Below, piece after piece: positions 1-9,174 of a stretch of DNA of 64,000 bases; the stretch's first letter is position 1; each line of letters begins with the position of its first letter. The translations under genes were made by a program, and so were the position numbers. The DNA lies in assembly GCA_963664435.2 (NCBI GenBank), contig CAXXKM010000003.1, forward strand, positions 992,001 through 1,056,000. The letters are read 5' to 3'. A model generated the notes under the pieces. The model had not been told where the DNA came from. It saw only the letters and a program-made list of their open reading frames with translations, and made no database searches. Source of the stretch: Longimicrobiales bacterium (GTDB lineage Bacteria; Gemmatimonadota; Gemmatimonadetes; Longimicrobiales; Gaopeijiaceae).

Positions 1-603
1 CAGATCGCGCGCCGCATGGGCACACCCGGCTTCGACTTCCGGAGCGCGAAGGACGTCTTCAACGAGCTGTGCGAGCTCTCTCCCATCTACGCGGGGCTAG
101 ATTGGGACCGCATCGACGCGGGAGAGTATCAGTGGCCCGTTCCCCACAGGGACCATCCGGGCACGCCCATCCTGCACCAGGGGGTTTTCGAGAACGGGCG
201 CGGCATCTTCAAGCTGATCCGCTACCGGGATCCCGCCGAAGTCATCAGCGACGAATTCCCCGTCTGGCTGACAACGGGCCGGCGCCTCCCCAACTACCAC
301 ACCCGCACCCAGACCGGGCGCGCCGCGGGCATCGACTACCTGGCGCCCGGCGAGCGCCTGGAAATCCACCCGGAGGACGTGGAGGACTGGGGGCTCGAGG
401 ATGGCGGCTGGGCCAAGATGACCAGCCCGCGGGGCTGCATGATGGTGAAGGTCGAGGCCAACGCCCGTTCGCCGCGCGGGACCGTCTTCACATCCTTCAG
501 CTTCAACGACGCCCCGGTCAACGTGCTCACGGGCGGGGGCTACGACCCGATCACGGACACGGCCGAGCTGAAGGTATGCCCGGTGAGGGTGGAACGGCCG
601 TAA
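1..603 (+). CDS. Molybdopterin oxidoreductase alpha subunit (formate dehydrogenase-like), C-terminal part; 5' end outside window
   Basis: Frame 1 is open from base 1. WLTTGRRLPNYHTRTQTGR, LEIHPED and TAELKVCPVRV are typical of the molybdopterin dinucleotide-binding domain of Fdh alpha subunits. Confidence 0.85.
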   Translation, partial: QIARRMGTPGFDFRSAKDVFNELCELSPIYAGLDWDRIDAGEYQWPVPHRDHPGTPILHQGVFENGRGIFKLIRYRDPAEVISDEFPVWLTTGRRLPNYHTRTQTGRAAGIDYLAPGERLEIHPEDVEDWGLEDGGWAKMTSPRGCMMVKVEANARSPRGTVFTSFSFNDAPVNVLTGGGYDPITDTAELKVCPVRVERP

Positions 604-691
604 CGCCCCGGACGCCGGATCGGCGCACCAGATCCCTGGATCCCCGGTCGCGCCCTGGCCGCCGCCAGTGGGCGTCCAGGCTCAGGCCAGG

Positions 692-1327
692 CTAGTCCGA
701 TCCGAAGATCCGGTCTCCCGCGTCGCCCAGTCCCGGCAGGATGTATCCGTGCTCGTTCAGCCGGCGGTCCAGAGCGGCCGTAAGGACCGGTACGTCGGGA
801 TGCGCGCGCTCAAGGGCCTGCACGCCCTCCGGGCAGGCCACGAGCACCGCCAGGCGGATGTCGCGGGCGCCGTGTTCCTTGAGCAGGGTTATGGTCGCCG
901 ACGACGATCCGCCCGTGCCCAGCATCGGGTCGACCACGACGAAGCGGCGCCCTTCGGCGCGCGGGACATTGAAGTAGTACTGGACCGGCTGGAGCGTTTC
1001 TTCGTCGCGGTAGAGCCCCACGTGCCCGATGCGCGCGCCCGGCAGGACGATGGTGAAGCCCTCGAGCATCCCCAGCCCGGCGCGCAGGATCGGCACCAGC
1101 ACCACGTCCTGCTCGCGCACCCGAAGGCCGGTGGTTGTCTCCAGCGGGGTCTCGACCTCCACTTCCTCGGTGGGCAGATCGCGCAGGACCTCATAGGCCA
1201 TGAGGGCGCCGATCTCGCGGATCAGGTCCCGGAAGTCATGGTGTCCCGTGCCGTGGTGGCGCAGGCGGGTGACCTTGTCCGCGAGCAGCGGGTGATCGAG
1301 TACCGTGAGGTTGGGCAGCTCGCTCAT
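692..1327 (-). CDS. upp: Uracil phosphoribosyltransferase
   Basis: Motifs VPILRAGLGM, IGHVGLYRDEETL, VVDPMLGTGGS and GYILPGLGDAGDRIFG; GGAGG upstream. Confidence 0.97.
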   Translation of the reverse strand: MSELPNLTVLDHPLLADKVTRLRHHGTGHHDFRDLIREIGALMAYEVLRDLPTEEVEVETPLETTTGLRVREQDVVLVPILRAGLGMLEGFTIVLPGARIGHVGLYRDEETLQPVQYYFNVPRAEGRRFVVVDPMLGTGGSSSATITLLKEHGARDIRLAVLVACPEGVQALERAHPDVPVLTAALDRRLNEHGYILPGLGDAGDRIFGSD

Positions 1328-1343
1328 GGCGCCTCCGGGAACG

Positions 1344-1913
1344 CTACTCCCCGGACAGCTCCGGAAAGCGGTAGACGATGACGCCGCTGCCGGGGGCGTT
1401 GTCGACGTCGACGTAGCCCTGGTCGACCATGTCGCGCAGGCACTTCTCGACCTCTTCGAAGGACTTCCCGGAGGCCATCACCCCCTGGGTGACCGTGAGT
1501 TCGCCGCCCTTCTTCTCCGCGGCCTTGAGCAGCACGAGCTTCAGATCCGCGGGTTCGGGCAGGGTCGCGGGCGGCGCGGAACCGGAGGTGGCGCGGGCAG
1601 CCAGCCGCGGGTGCGGGAGGTAGCCCTTGCGCACGTTGGAATCGCGTATCAGCGCCTTCATGCGGAACAGGTCCACCAATTGGCCGACGCCCGCGAGGCC
1701 GAAGGTCAACAGCCAGAGGATGCCCGTTCCCCACTTGCCCATGTAGATGCGATGGGCCCCGCAGACCCCGGCGAGGCACAGGCACCAGAGTCCGTACCCC
1801 AGGACATCCTTGTATACGGATTCGTAGGCCGCCGGCGCGTCCGGGAGGCTGAGGTTGACGTTCACCGAGATGTCTCTCGGGTCTCGGGCGCCATGCGTTG
1901 AGTTCTGTTCCAT
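1344..1913 (-). CDS. TM2-domain membrane protein with C-terminal winged-helix-like extension
   Basis: TM2 signature GAHRIYMGKWGTGILWLLTFGLAGVGQLVDLF, followed by a soluble C-terminal domain. Confidence 0.8.
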   Translation of the reverse strand: MEQNSTHGARDPRDISVNVNLSLPDAPAAYESVYKDVLGYGLWCLCLAGVCGAHRIYMGKWGTGILWLLTFGLAGVGQLVDLFRMKALIRDSNVRKGYLPHPRLAARATSGSAPPATLPEPADLKLVLLKAAEKKGGELTVTQGVMASGKSFEEVEKCLRDMVDQGYVDVDNAPGSGVIVYRFPELSGE

Positions 1914-2228
1914 CAGCGCTGCTGCGATGTGCGTGTGGGCGTGCAGGAAGGGATCGCGGCCCTGATGAACTGCAACCTCACAGAGAGCGTGCCCCGGCGG
2001 CCATTCAATGTCTCGCGATCACCGGCTCCGGTCCAGCCCCGGTGACCGGGAAGCTCCGCACACGTCCCGGGACGGCACCGGCGCTTCCCTGCTGCCTACG
2101 CACCTGGCGCGGGCAGGTGTCGGGATCGTCCGGGGAAGGTAGTATGAGGTTGCCCTCGAGGTTCCCGGACGACGGTCCGCGGCGCGGATCCCCGGGAAGC
2201 AATCCGCGCAAACCGCCTCTCGCCGCCC

Positions 2229-2615
2229 ATGACCCAACCAGCCCTCTATCAGCTCCTCGATGTGCTGTTGGTCGCCTTCCACACGTCGCTGGTCTGCTTC
2301 AACATGCTCGGGTGGGCGTGGAGAAGGACGCGTCGGCTCCACCTGTTGACCATCGGCGCGACGCTGCTGTTCTGGTTCGGCGCCGGGATGGTGTACGGGT
2401 GGGGATACTGTCCGCTGACGGACTGGCACTGGGACGTGAAGCGGGCGCTGGGAGAGACCTGCCTGCCCGCATCGTGGATCAAGTACCACCTGGACGCGGT
2501 TACGGGCATCGACTGGAATGCGACGCTCGTCGACGCGGTGGTGATGGCCAGCGGGCTGGTTGCGCTCGGACTCTCGGTGGCGCTGAACCTGCGCGACCGG
2601 CGCACGCCCGGATAA
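2229..2615 (+). CDS. DUF2784-family membrane protein
   Basis: Hydrophobic 128 aa protein with GWGYCPLTDWHW motif. Confidence 0.75.
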   Translation: MTQPALYQLLDVLLVAFHTSLVCFNMLGWAWRRTRRLHLLTIGATLLFWFGAGMVYGWGYCPLTDWHWDVKRALGETCLPASWIKYHLDAVTGIDWNATLVDAVVMASGLVALGLSVALNLRDRRTPG

Positions 2616-2778
2616 CGCGAAGCCGCCCGGCTGCCGGAGCCTCCTCGTGCGGGAAGTGCCGGAGCCTCCCTGTTTTGCTACGATAGTGCATGGAGCGGGA
2701 AGCGCGAACCTGGGCATCCCCTCGCACAGCCCAGGTCGGCATACAGGATTCGGACAGGACCACAGACAGGAAGCAGAC

Positions 2779-4248
2779 ATGAACGCTCGCGCCCTCATCA
2801 TCATCACCGCAGTAATGGTCGCCGGGTTGGTGCACGCACCGGTTCAGGCGCAGGACGGCAAGGACATGGTCGCCGCCTTCATCGACGAGAACGCGGGCTC
2901 CTACGCGAGCATCGCCCAGGAGATCTGGGACCTCGCCGAGCTGGGCTATCTGGAGACGGAGAGCTCGGCCCTGCTGGCAAGCACGCTGGACGCCGCCGGC
3001 TTCGAGGTGGAGATGGGAGTCGCGGGCATTCCCACCGCCTTCGTCGCCAGCTACCGCAACGGCGACGGCCCGGTGGTGGGCATTCTGGCGGAATACGACG
3101 CGCTCCCGGGCATCAACCAGGACCGGCGCCCCGAGCGCACCCTCATCCCCGGCAAGCCCCAGGGACACGCCTGCGGGCACCACCTGTTCGGAACGGGTTC
3201 CGCCGCCGCGGGCATTGCCGTGCGCCAGTGGATGGAGGCGACGGGCCAGACCGGAGAGGTGCGCGTCTACGGGACGCCGGCCGAGGAAGGCGGGGCGGGC
3301 AAGGTGTACATGGTGCGGGAGGGGCTCTTCGACGACGTCGACATCATGCTCCACTGGCATCCCGGGGACAGGAACTCCGCGGGCGCGTCGAGCAGCCTGG
3401 CCAACAAGTCCGCCAAGTTCCGCTTCTCGGGCGTGTCCGCGCACGCCGCCGGGGCTCCCGAGCGCGGTCGGTCGGCGCTGGACGGCGTGGAGGCCATGAA
3501 CCACATGGTCAACCTGCTGCGCGAGCACGTCCCGCAGGAGACGCGCATCCATTACGTGATCACCTACGGAGGGGCCGCGCCCAACGTCGTCCCCGACTTC
3601 GCCGAGGTTTTCTACTACGTGCGCAACCCCGACCCCGCCAACGTGCACGCCATCTTCGAGCGGGTGGTGCAGGCGGCGGAGGGCGCCGCACAGGGGACGG
3701 GCACCGGGATGCAGTACGAGATCATCCACGGGCTCTACAACATCCTCATCAACGTGGCGCTGCAGGAGGCGATGCACGCCAACCTGGAGCGGGTCGGGGG
3801 CGTCCACTACAGCGAGCAGGACCGCCGCTTCGCCGAGGCGCTGGCCAGGCACCTCCCCGACGACGCGCTTCCCATCAAGTCGGCGGCGGAGATCCAGCCC
3901 TTCTTCGTGACCGAGGAGGGCACCGGGGGCTCCACCGACGTGGCCGACGTGAGCTGGGCGGTGCCCACCGGCGGGGTGCGAACCGCCACCTGGGTGCCCG
4001 GCACCTCCGCGCACTCGTGGCACGCCATCGCGGCGGGCGGCACGCCCATCGGAGAGAAGGGCATGGTGGTGGCGGCCAAGGCGGTGGCGATGACCGCGAT
4101 CGACGTGTTCACGCGCCCCGACCTGGTGGAGGCGGCGAAGACGGAACACGCCGGCCGCATCCCGGAGGGCTGGGTCTACGAGCCGCTGCTGGGCGACCGC
4201 GACCCGCCGCTCGACTACCGGCTGCCGCCGGGCGGAACCGACAAATAG
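2779..4248 (+). CDS. Exported M20 amidohydrolase (AbgB-like)
   Basis: Motifs EYDALPG, HACGHHL, GTPAEEGG and GGSTDVADVSW; signal peptide after ATG 2779. Confidence 0.9.
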   Translation: MNARALIIITAVMVAGLVHAPVQAQDGKDMVAAFIDENAGSYASIAQEIWDLAELGYLETESSALLASTLDAAGFEVEMGVAGIPTAFVASYRNGDGPVVGILAEYDALPGINQDRRPERTLIPGKPQGHACGHHLFGTGSAAAGIAVRQWMEATGQTGEVRVYGTPAEEGGAGKVYMVREGLFDDVDIMLHWHPGDRNSAGASSSLANKSAKFRFSGVSAHAAGAPERGRSALDGVEAMNHMVNLLREHVPQETRIHYVITYGGAAPNVVPDFAEVFYYVRNPDPANVHAIFERVVQAAEGAAQGTGTGMQYEIIHGLYNILINVALQEAMHANLERVGGVHYSEQDRRFAEALARHLPDDALPIKSAAEIQPFFVTEEGTGGSTDVADVSWAVPTGGVRTATWVPGTSAHSWHAIAAGGTPIGEKGMVVAAKAVAMTAIDVFTRPDLVEAAKTEHAGRIPEGWVYEPLLGDRDPPLDYRLPPGGTDK

Positions 4249-4272
4249 CGCGGGCCGCGCGGACGTCGTCGG

Positions 4273-5418
4273 CTAACCCCCCACCGCGAACTTCTGCACG
4301 CGCCGGCCCGTGGAGGCCTCGCCCACGTAGATGTTGCCCCGTGAGTCCACCGACATGCCGTGCGGCCGTAGGAACTGGCCGACCTGCCGTCCACCGCGGC
4401 CGAACTCGCCCACGACCTCCAGGTCCGAGCGGCGCAGGATCCACACCTTGTGGTTGGTGCCGTCGGCCAGGTAGAGCCACTGCTGCGCGGCGTCCGGCGA
4501 TAGCGCGATGACGAACGCCGACCCGGAGGCGCGCGTCAGCGGGGCGATGGTCTTCTCGGTCACGTAGCTTCCGTCGCGCCGGAACACCTGGATGCGGTTG
4601 CCGCGCCGGTCGGCGACGTAGAGCAGGCCGTCGGCCGAACCGGCCAGGCCGTGCACGGTGGAGAACTGGGGCGGCGGGGGGCTGTCCGGGGTGCGGGCGG
4701 CGTAGTCGTAGGCGGCCTCGTCGTCCGGGGCTTCCCCATAGGCGCCCCAATGCCGCAGATACGCGCCCGTGTCCCCGTCGAAGACGATCACGCGCCGGTT
4801 GCGGTACCCGTCCGCGATGAACACCTCGTTGGTTTCCGGGTCGACCCAGATCCCGGCCGGCCCGCCCAGGAGCGCGGTGTCCGCGCTTCCCCCGTTCACG
4901 TCGTATTCGCCCAGCGTCATGAGGTGCTGCCCGTCGCGCGTGAACTTCATGACCCGATGGTGCCGGTAACTGCCGATCCAGACGTTGCCGTTGTGGTCGA
5001 TGAAGAGCCCGTGCGAGTTGCGCGGGAACTCGGAGACGTCCTGGGTGGCGGGATCGCCCCACCCCTGAACCACGTTGCCCTCCGGGTCGATCTCGAGCAC
5101 GACGGGCGCGGGAACGCAGCACTGGCCGATCGGTGGGTCCTGCACGGCCGCGGTCTCTTCCGGGGTCAGCGTCTCGGGGAGATGCGTGATCCAGACGTGA
5201 TCCCGGTCATCGACGAAGACCGACGTGATCGCGCCGAGGATCCAGTCGTTGGGGAACTCGCGCGGCCAGGAGGGATCGACCTCGAAGGAGGGTGGGCCGT
5301 CTCCGGAGGCGGCCGGACCGGCGGCGGCGGATTCCGCGCCCGGAGCGCCCGACTCGGAACAGGCCAGGGACAGCACCACGAGCGCGATGACGGACGGGCG
5401 CAGGGGAGATCGAGCCAT
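4273..5418 (-). CDS. NHL-repeat beta-propeller lipoprotein (peptidylamidoglycolate lyase-like)
   Basis: Lipobox LSLAC; NHL repeats such as VFIADGYRNRRVIVFD and LYVADRRGNRIQVF. Confidence 0.85.
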   Translation of the reverse strand: MARSPLRPSVIALVVLSLACSESGAPGAESAAAGPAASGDGPPSFEVDPSWPREFPNDWILGAITSVFVDDRDHVWITHLPETLTPEETAAVQDPPIGQCCVPAPVVLEIDPEGNVVQGWGDPATQDVSEFPRNSHGLFIDHNGNVWIGSYRHHRVMKFTRDGQHLMTLGEYDVNGGSADTALLGGPAGIWVDPETNEVFIADGYRNRRVIVFDGDTGAYLRHWGAYGEAPDDEAAYDYAARTPDSPPPPQFSTVHGLAGSADGLLYVADRRGNRIQVFRRDGSYVTEKTIAPLTRASGSAFVIALSPDAAQQWLYLADGTNHKVWILRRSDLEVVGEFGRGGRQVGQFLRPHGMSVDSRGNIYVGEASTGRRVQKFAVGG

Positions 5419-5619
5419 GGTTCCTCCAGTGAGCTGCGGGTCTTGCGTGCGTACGAGCCTGGCCGGCTTCGCGGCACGATGCCGGACTCAGGACAACGTA
5501 CAGGATGAGAGGGTGTCCCGCCCCGTTGGCGCATCTTCGGATCTTCTCCCCTTTCTCCCATCGAACGGCTCGTTTAGGATTGAGCGCGCGTTCTACACCC
5601 CAAACCCCGGAGGAAACCG

Positions 5620-6237
5620 ATGAAGATGCTTCGGCCGCTGTGCTGTCTCGCCCTGGCGCTCGCCTTCGCCACCACCGCTCAGGCTCAGGACAGGCCGCTG
5701 AGCCCCCGCGGAGAGGCCGCCACCCACGTGGGCGGCGCATACAACGCGGAGGGCAGCTTCGAGAATGGTTCGTGGGTCGTCGTCGCCTACGGCCGCCCCA
5801 TCCTGCGCGGCCGGGACCTGTTCGGCTCGGGCGACGAGTACGGCCAGGCGTTCCTGCGGGGCGCGCCGGTGTGGCGCATCGGGGCCGACCAGTCGACCCG
5901 CTTCATGACCGAGACGGACCTGATGTTCGGAGGCGAGCGCCTTCCCGCCGGCGAATACAGCATCTTCGCGGAGCTCAGCGAAGACGAGTGGACCCTCATC
6001 TTCACCACCTGGGGCGTGAAGAATGACTTCCGCGAGGAGAACCCCGACGCGCTGTGGGGGTCCTACGGCTACACGCCGGAGCGCGACGTCCTGCGCACCA
6101 CGATGGACGTGTCGACGATTGCGATGTCCTCCGATCAGCTCACCATCATGTTCACGGATATGACCCAGGAAGGCGGGGTGTTCACGATCTGGTGGGACGA
6201 TCAGGTGGCGACGGTGCCGTTCGCAGTCGCGCGGTAG
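5620..6237 (+). CDS. DUF2911-family exported protein
   Basis: Signal peptide; motifs PLSPRG, YGRPILRGR, VWRIGADQST and LPAGEYSIF; GGAGG RBS. Confidence 0.85.
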   Translation: MKMLRPLCCLALALAFATTAQAQDRPLSPRGEAATHVGGAYNAEGSFENGSWVVVAYGRPILRGRDLFGSGDEYGQAFLRGAPVWRIGADQSTRFMTETDLMFGGERLPAGEYSIFAELSEDEWTLIFTTWGVKNDFREENPDALWGSYGYTPERDVLRTTMDVSTIAMSSDQLTIMFTDMTQEGGVFTIWWDDQVATVPFAVAR

Positions 6238-6399
6238 GGATCGCCGGGCGCGCAGCCGCCCGGAATCGAAAAGGAGACTGAGTTACGGGCGTCCTGACGG
6301 CCGTGCCCTTGTTCACAGCTTGCGCCGACTGCCTTCACCGGACCAGCTTTTCGACATCACGTCGGACAGCTTCCGTGCAAACAGGCAGGTGACGCGGCC

Positions 6400-7941
6400 A
6401 TGAACGCTCAGCAGACGCTTGCGCCCGTTGGGGCGCTGTCCTCCCTGCTCCTCGCCGCAGCGTGCTCGCTCGCGCCGGCGCCATCGGTGCCGGAGCCGGT
6501 CGCCGAGCTTCCCGACAGTTTCGAGGGCGGCGAGGAAGCAGGCGCGTATGAGGCCAGGGAGTGGTGGACCACCTACCAGGATCCGGCGCTCAACACCGTC
6601 ATCGACTCGGTGCTGGCCGCCAACTTCGACCTGGCTGAAGCGGTGGCCCGGGTGCAGCAGGCGCGGGCTCAGGCGGGGATCGCGCGCGCCTCCCTGCTGC
6701 CCTCCATCCAGGCCGGCGCAACCGTCAGCGACACGGACAACCCGTCCAACGCGGGCTTCGGCCAGCAGTTCCGCGAAATCGCGGGCGACCGCCTGCCCGG
6801 GTTCGAGTTCCCCGAGCGCCTCGGAATCGAAACCTGGTCGCTGGGCGTCGACTTCGCCTACGAGCTGGACTTCTGGGGACGCGCCCGCAACGACTCGCGG
6901 GCGGCCGGGCAGGAGTACCTGGCGTCGGAGTCGGATTACCACGCGGCGCGCATCGGCGTGCTGTCCGAGACCATCTCGACCTACTTCGAGATCGCCGATC
7001 TGCGCCGGCGCACGGCCCTCGCGCGCGCGACCGTCGATGTTCTGCTGGAACGGGAGGAACTCGCCGAGACCCGCTACGACCGCGGACTGGTGACATCCTT
7101 CGAGCTCTACCAGGTTCGTCAGGAACTGCGGAACACGCAGGCCGCGCTGCCTCAGCTGGAGAGCCAGCTGGTCAACGCCGAGGGGCGACTGGCCGTCCTG
7201 TTGGGCGGCTTCCGCGCGAAGCTCGACGCGATCCTTCCCGATTCGCTGGCGCCGCTGCCATCGGGCGATCCCGTCTCCGCGGGGGTGCCGGCCGACCTCC
7301 TGGTTCAGCGGCCGGACGTGCGCTCGGCGGGCCTGCGGCTCGAGGCCGCCCGCTTCACCATCGGCGCGCGCCGGGCCGAAATGCTTCCTTCCCTCTCGTT
7401 CTCGGGCACCATCGGCGTGCAGTCGGCGGACGCCGACGGGCTCTTCAACGTCGACCAGTGGTTTCGCAACCTGCTCGGCAACCTCACCGCCCCGATCTTC
7501 CAGGGGGGCCGCATCCGCAGCAACATCGCCGTCGCACACGCCCGCTTCGGCCAGGCGGCCGCCGCCTACGGCCGCACCGTGGTGACGGCGGTTCACGAAG
7601 TGGAAGCGGCGCTGGCGGCGCTCGGCAACGAAGGGCGGCGCCACGACTTCCTCACGTCCCAGCGCGAGGAGGCTCTCGCTTCGGTCGAGCTGCAGTCGCG
7701 CCGCTACGCCGCCGGAGTGGGGGGCTACATCGACTACCTCGATGCGTTACGGGCGCTGCTCGGCGTCGAATCGACCCTCGCCGGCGCTCGGCGCGATCTC
7801 GCCCTGGCGCGCCTGGCGGTACACCGCTCGCTGGGAGGCGACTGGACAGTGCCGCCCGAGGAGCTCGAGGGCCCGCGCATGGTGCCCGCCGCCGATTCCG
7901 AAGGACAAGCCGACCCGCCAACCAACCCAGGGGCAGAATAG
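6400..7941 (+). CDS. RND efflux outer membrane lipoprotein (NodT/OprM family)
   Basis: Lipobox AAAC; motifs YELDFWGR, PADLLVQRPDVRSA and LGGDW. Confidence 0.92.
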   Translation: MNAQQTLAPVGALSSLLLAAACSLAPAPSVPEPVAELPDSFEGGEEAGAYEAREWWTTYQDPALNTVIDSVLAANFDLAEAVARVQQARAQAGIARASLLPSIQAGATVSDTDNPSNAGFGQQFREIAGDRLPGFEFPERLGIETWSLGVDFAYELDFWGRARNDSRAAGQEYLASESDYHAARIGVLSETISTYFEIADLRRRTALARATVDVLLEREELAETRYDRGLVTSFELYQVRQELRNTQAALPQLESQLVNAEGRLAVLLGGFRAKLDAILPDSLAPLPSGDPVSAGVPADLLVQRPDVRSAGLRLEAARFTIGARRAEMLPSLSFSGTIGVQSADADGLFNVDQWFRNLLGNLTAPIFQGGRIRSNIAVAHARFGQAAAAYGRTVVTAVHEVEAALAALGNEGRRHDFLTSQREEALASVELQSRRYAAGVGGYIDYLDALRALLGVESTLAGARRDLALARLAVHRSLGGDWTVPPEELEGPRMVPAADSEGQADPPTNPGAE

Positions 7942-9174
7942 ATGAGTCGCCGCCGCAGTTTTCTGATCGCCGCAGGCATCCTCGGGGGCGCCGTCGTCCT
8001 GGCAGCCATCATGATCGCGCTGCGTCCCGAACCGCCGCTGCGGGAGCCGGGCTCGCAGGCGCCGTTCGTCACGACCGCCCCGGCCACCGCCCGAGAGGGC
8101 GCCATCCCGGTCTACAGCGCGGGCACAGTGCGTCCGCGCGCAGAGATCGACGTGGCCGCGCAGATCAATGGCAAGGTCGCGTCGGTCGCGCCCGCCTTCC
8201 AGAGCGGGGGCCGCATGAGCGCGGGAGCGGTCCTCTTCCGTATCGACGACGCGGACTACCTGAACCGGGTGCAGCAGGCGCGCGCCAACGTCGCCGCGCA
8301 GTTGGTCGCCCTCCTGCAGGCCGAGGAGGAGGCCCGTATCGCGCGCGCCGAGTATGAGGGATTCCTGCGCAGGCGGGGAGACGGCGCTCCCCCGGGCGAG
8401 GCGAGCCCGCTTACGCTCCGGGAGCCGCAGCTGGCCGCCGCGCGGGCCGCGCTGGCGCGGGACAGCGCGTCGCTGGCCGACGCGGAGCTGGCGCTTTCGC
8501 GGACGGAGGTGCGCGCGCCCTTCAGCGGCATCGTCCGGAACGAGGCGGTGGACGTCGGGCAGTTCGTGGCCGCCGGGCAGGGCGTGGGCCGGCTCTACGC
8601 CGACGACGCCGTGGAGGTGGTGGTTCCCCTGTCGGACGCAGATGCGGCGCTCATCCCGGACCTGTGGATGCTGGATGCGGGCGACGGCGATGCCAGCGTC
8701 GAGGCCACGGTGATCGCGGAGTACGGGGAGCGCACCTACGCGTGGTCGGGATACGTGGACCGCGCCGAGGCGGCCCTGGACGAGCAGACACGCACGATCG
8801 ACGTGGTGGTGCGCGTCCCCGACCCGTTCGGGGGCGGCCGGTCGACCACCTCCGGGGGCGACGGCGCGGAAGCGGAGGACGGCGCGGGCGGTCCACCCCT
8901 CCTGGTCGGTCAGTTCGTGGAGGTGCGCATCGCCGGAGCAGCCCCGGAGGGATACTTCACCGTGCCGCGTTCCGCGCTGCGGACCGGCAACGAGATCTGG
9001 GCGCTGCGCCAGGACACCCTGGTCACCATCGTCCCGGTGGGCGTCCTGCAGCGCGCCGACGAACTCGTGTACGTCACCGGCTCGTTGGATAACGGACAGG
9101 CGGTGGTCCTTGGCGGCCTCCAGTTCGCGACCGAGGGCATGGTGGTCCGGACGGGCGCCGACGGCCCCGGATGA
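7942..9174 (+). CDS. RND efflux periplasmic adaptor (MFP)
   Basis: N-terminal anchor; lipoyl/hairpin motif TEVRAPFSGIV; operon context. Confidence 0.92.
   Translation: MSRRRSFLIAAGILGGAVVLAAIMIALRPEPPLREPGSQAPFVTTAPATAREGAIPVYSAGTVRPRAEIDVAAQINGKVASVAPAFQSGGRMSAGAVLFRIDDADYLNRVQQARANVAAQLVALLQAEEEARIARAEYEGFLRRRGDGAPPGEASPLTLREPQLAAARAALARDSASLADAELALSRTEVRAPFSGIVRNEAVDVGQFVAAGQGVGRLYADDAVEVVVPLSDADAALIPDLWMLDAGDGDASVEATVIAEYGERTYAWSGYVDRAEAALDEQTRTIDVVVRVPDPFGGGRSTTSGGDGAEAEDGAGGPPLLVGQFVEVRIAGAAPEGYFTVPRSALRTGNEIWALRQDTLVTIVPVGVLQRADELVYVTGSLDNGQAVVLGGLQFATEGMVVRTGADGPG

Noticed and set aside
1972..2153. Possible 6S-like RNA bounded by GCAACCTCA/TGAGGTTGC
   Set aside because: Pairing does not extend beyond 9 bp.
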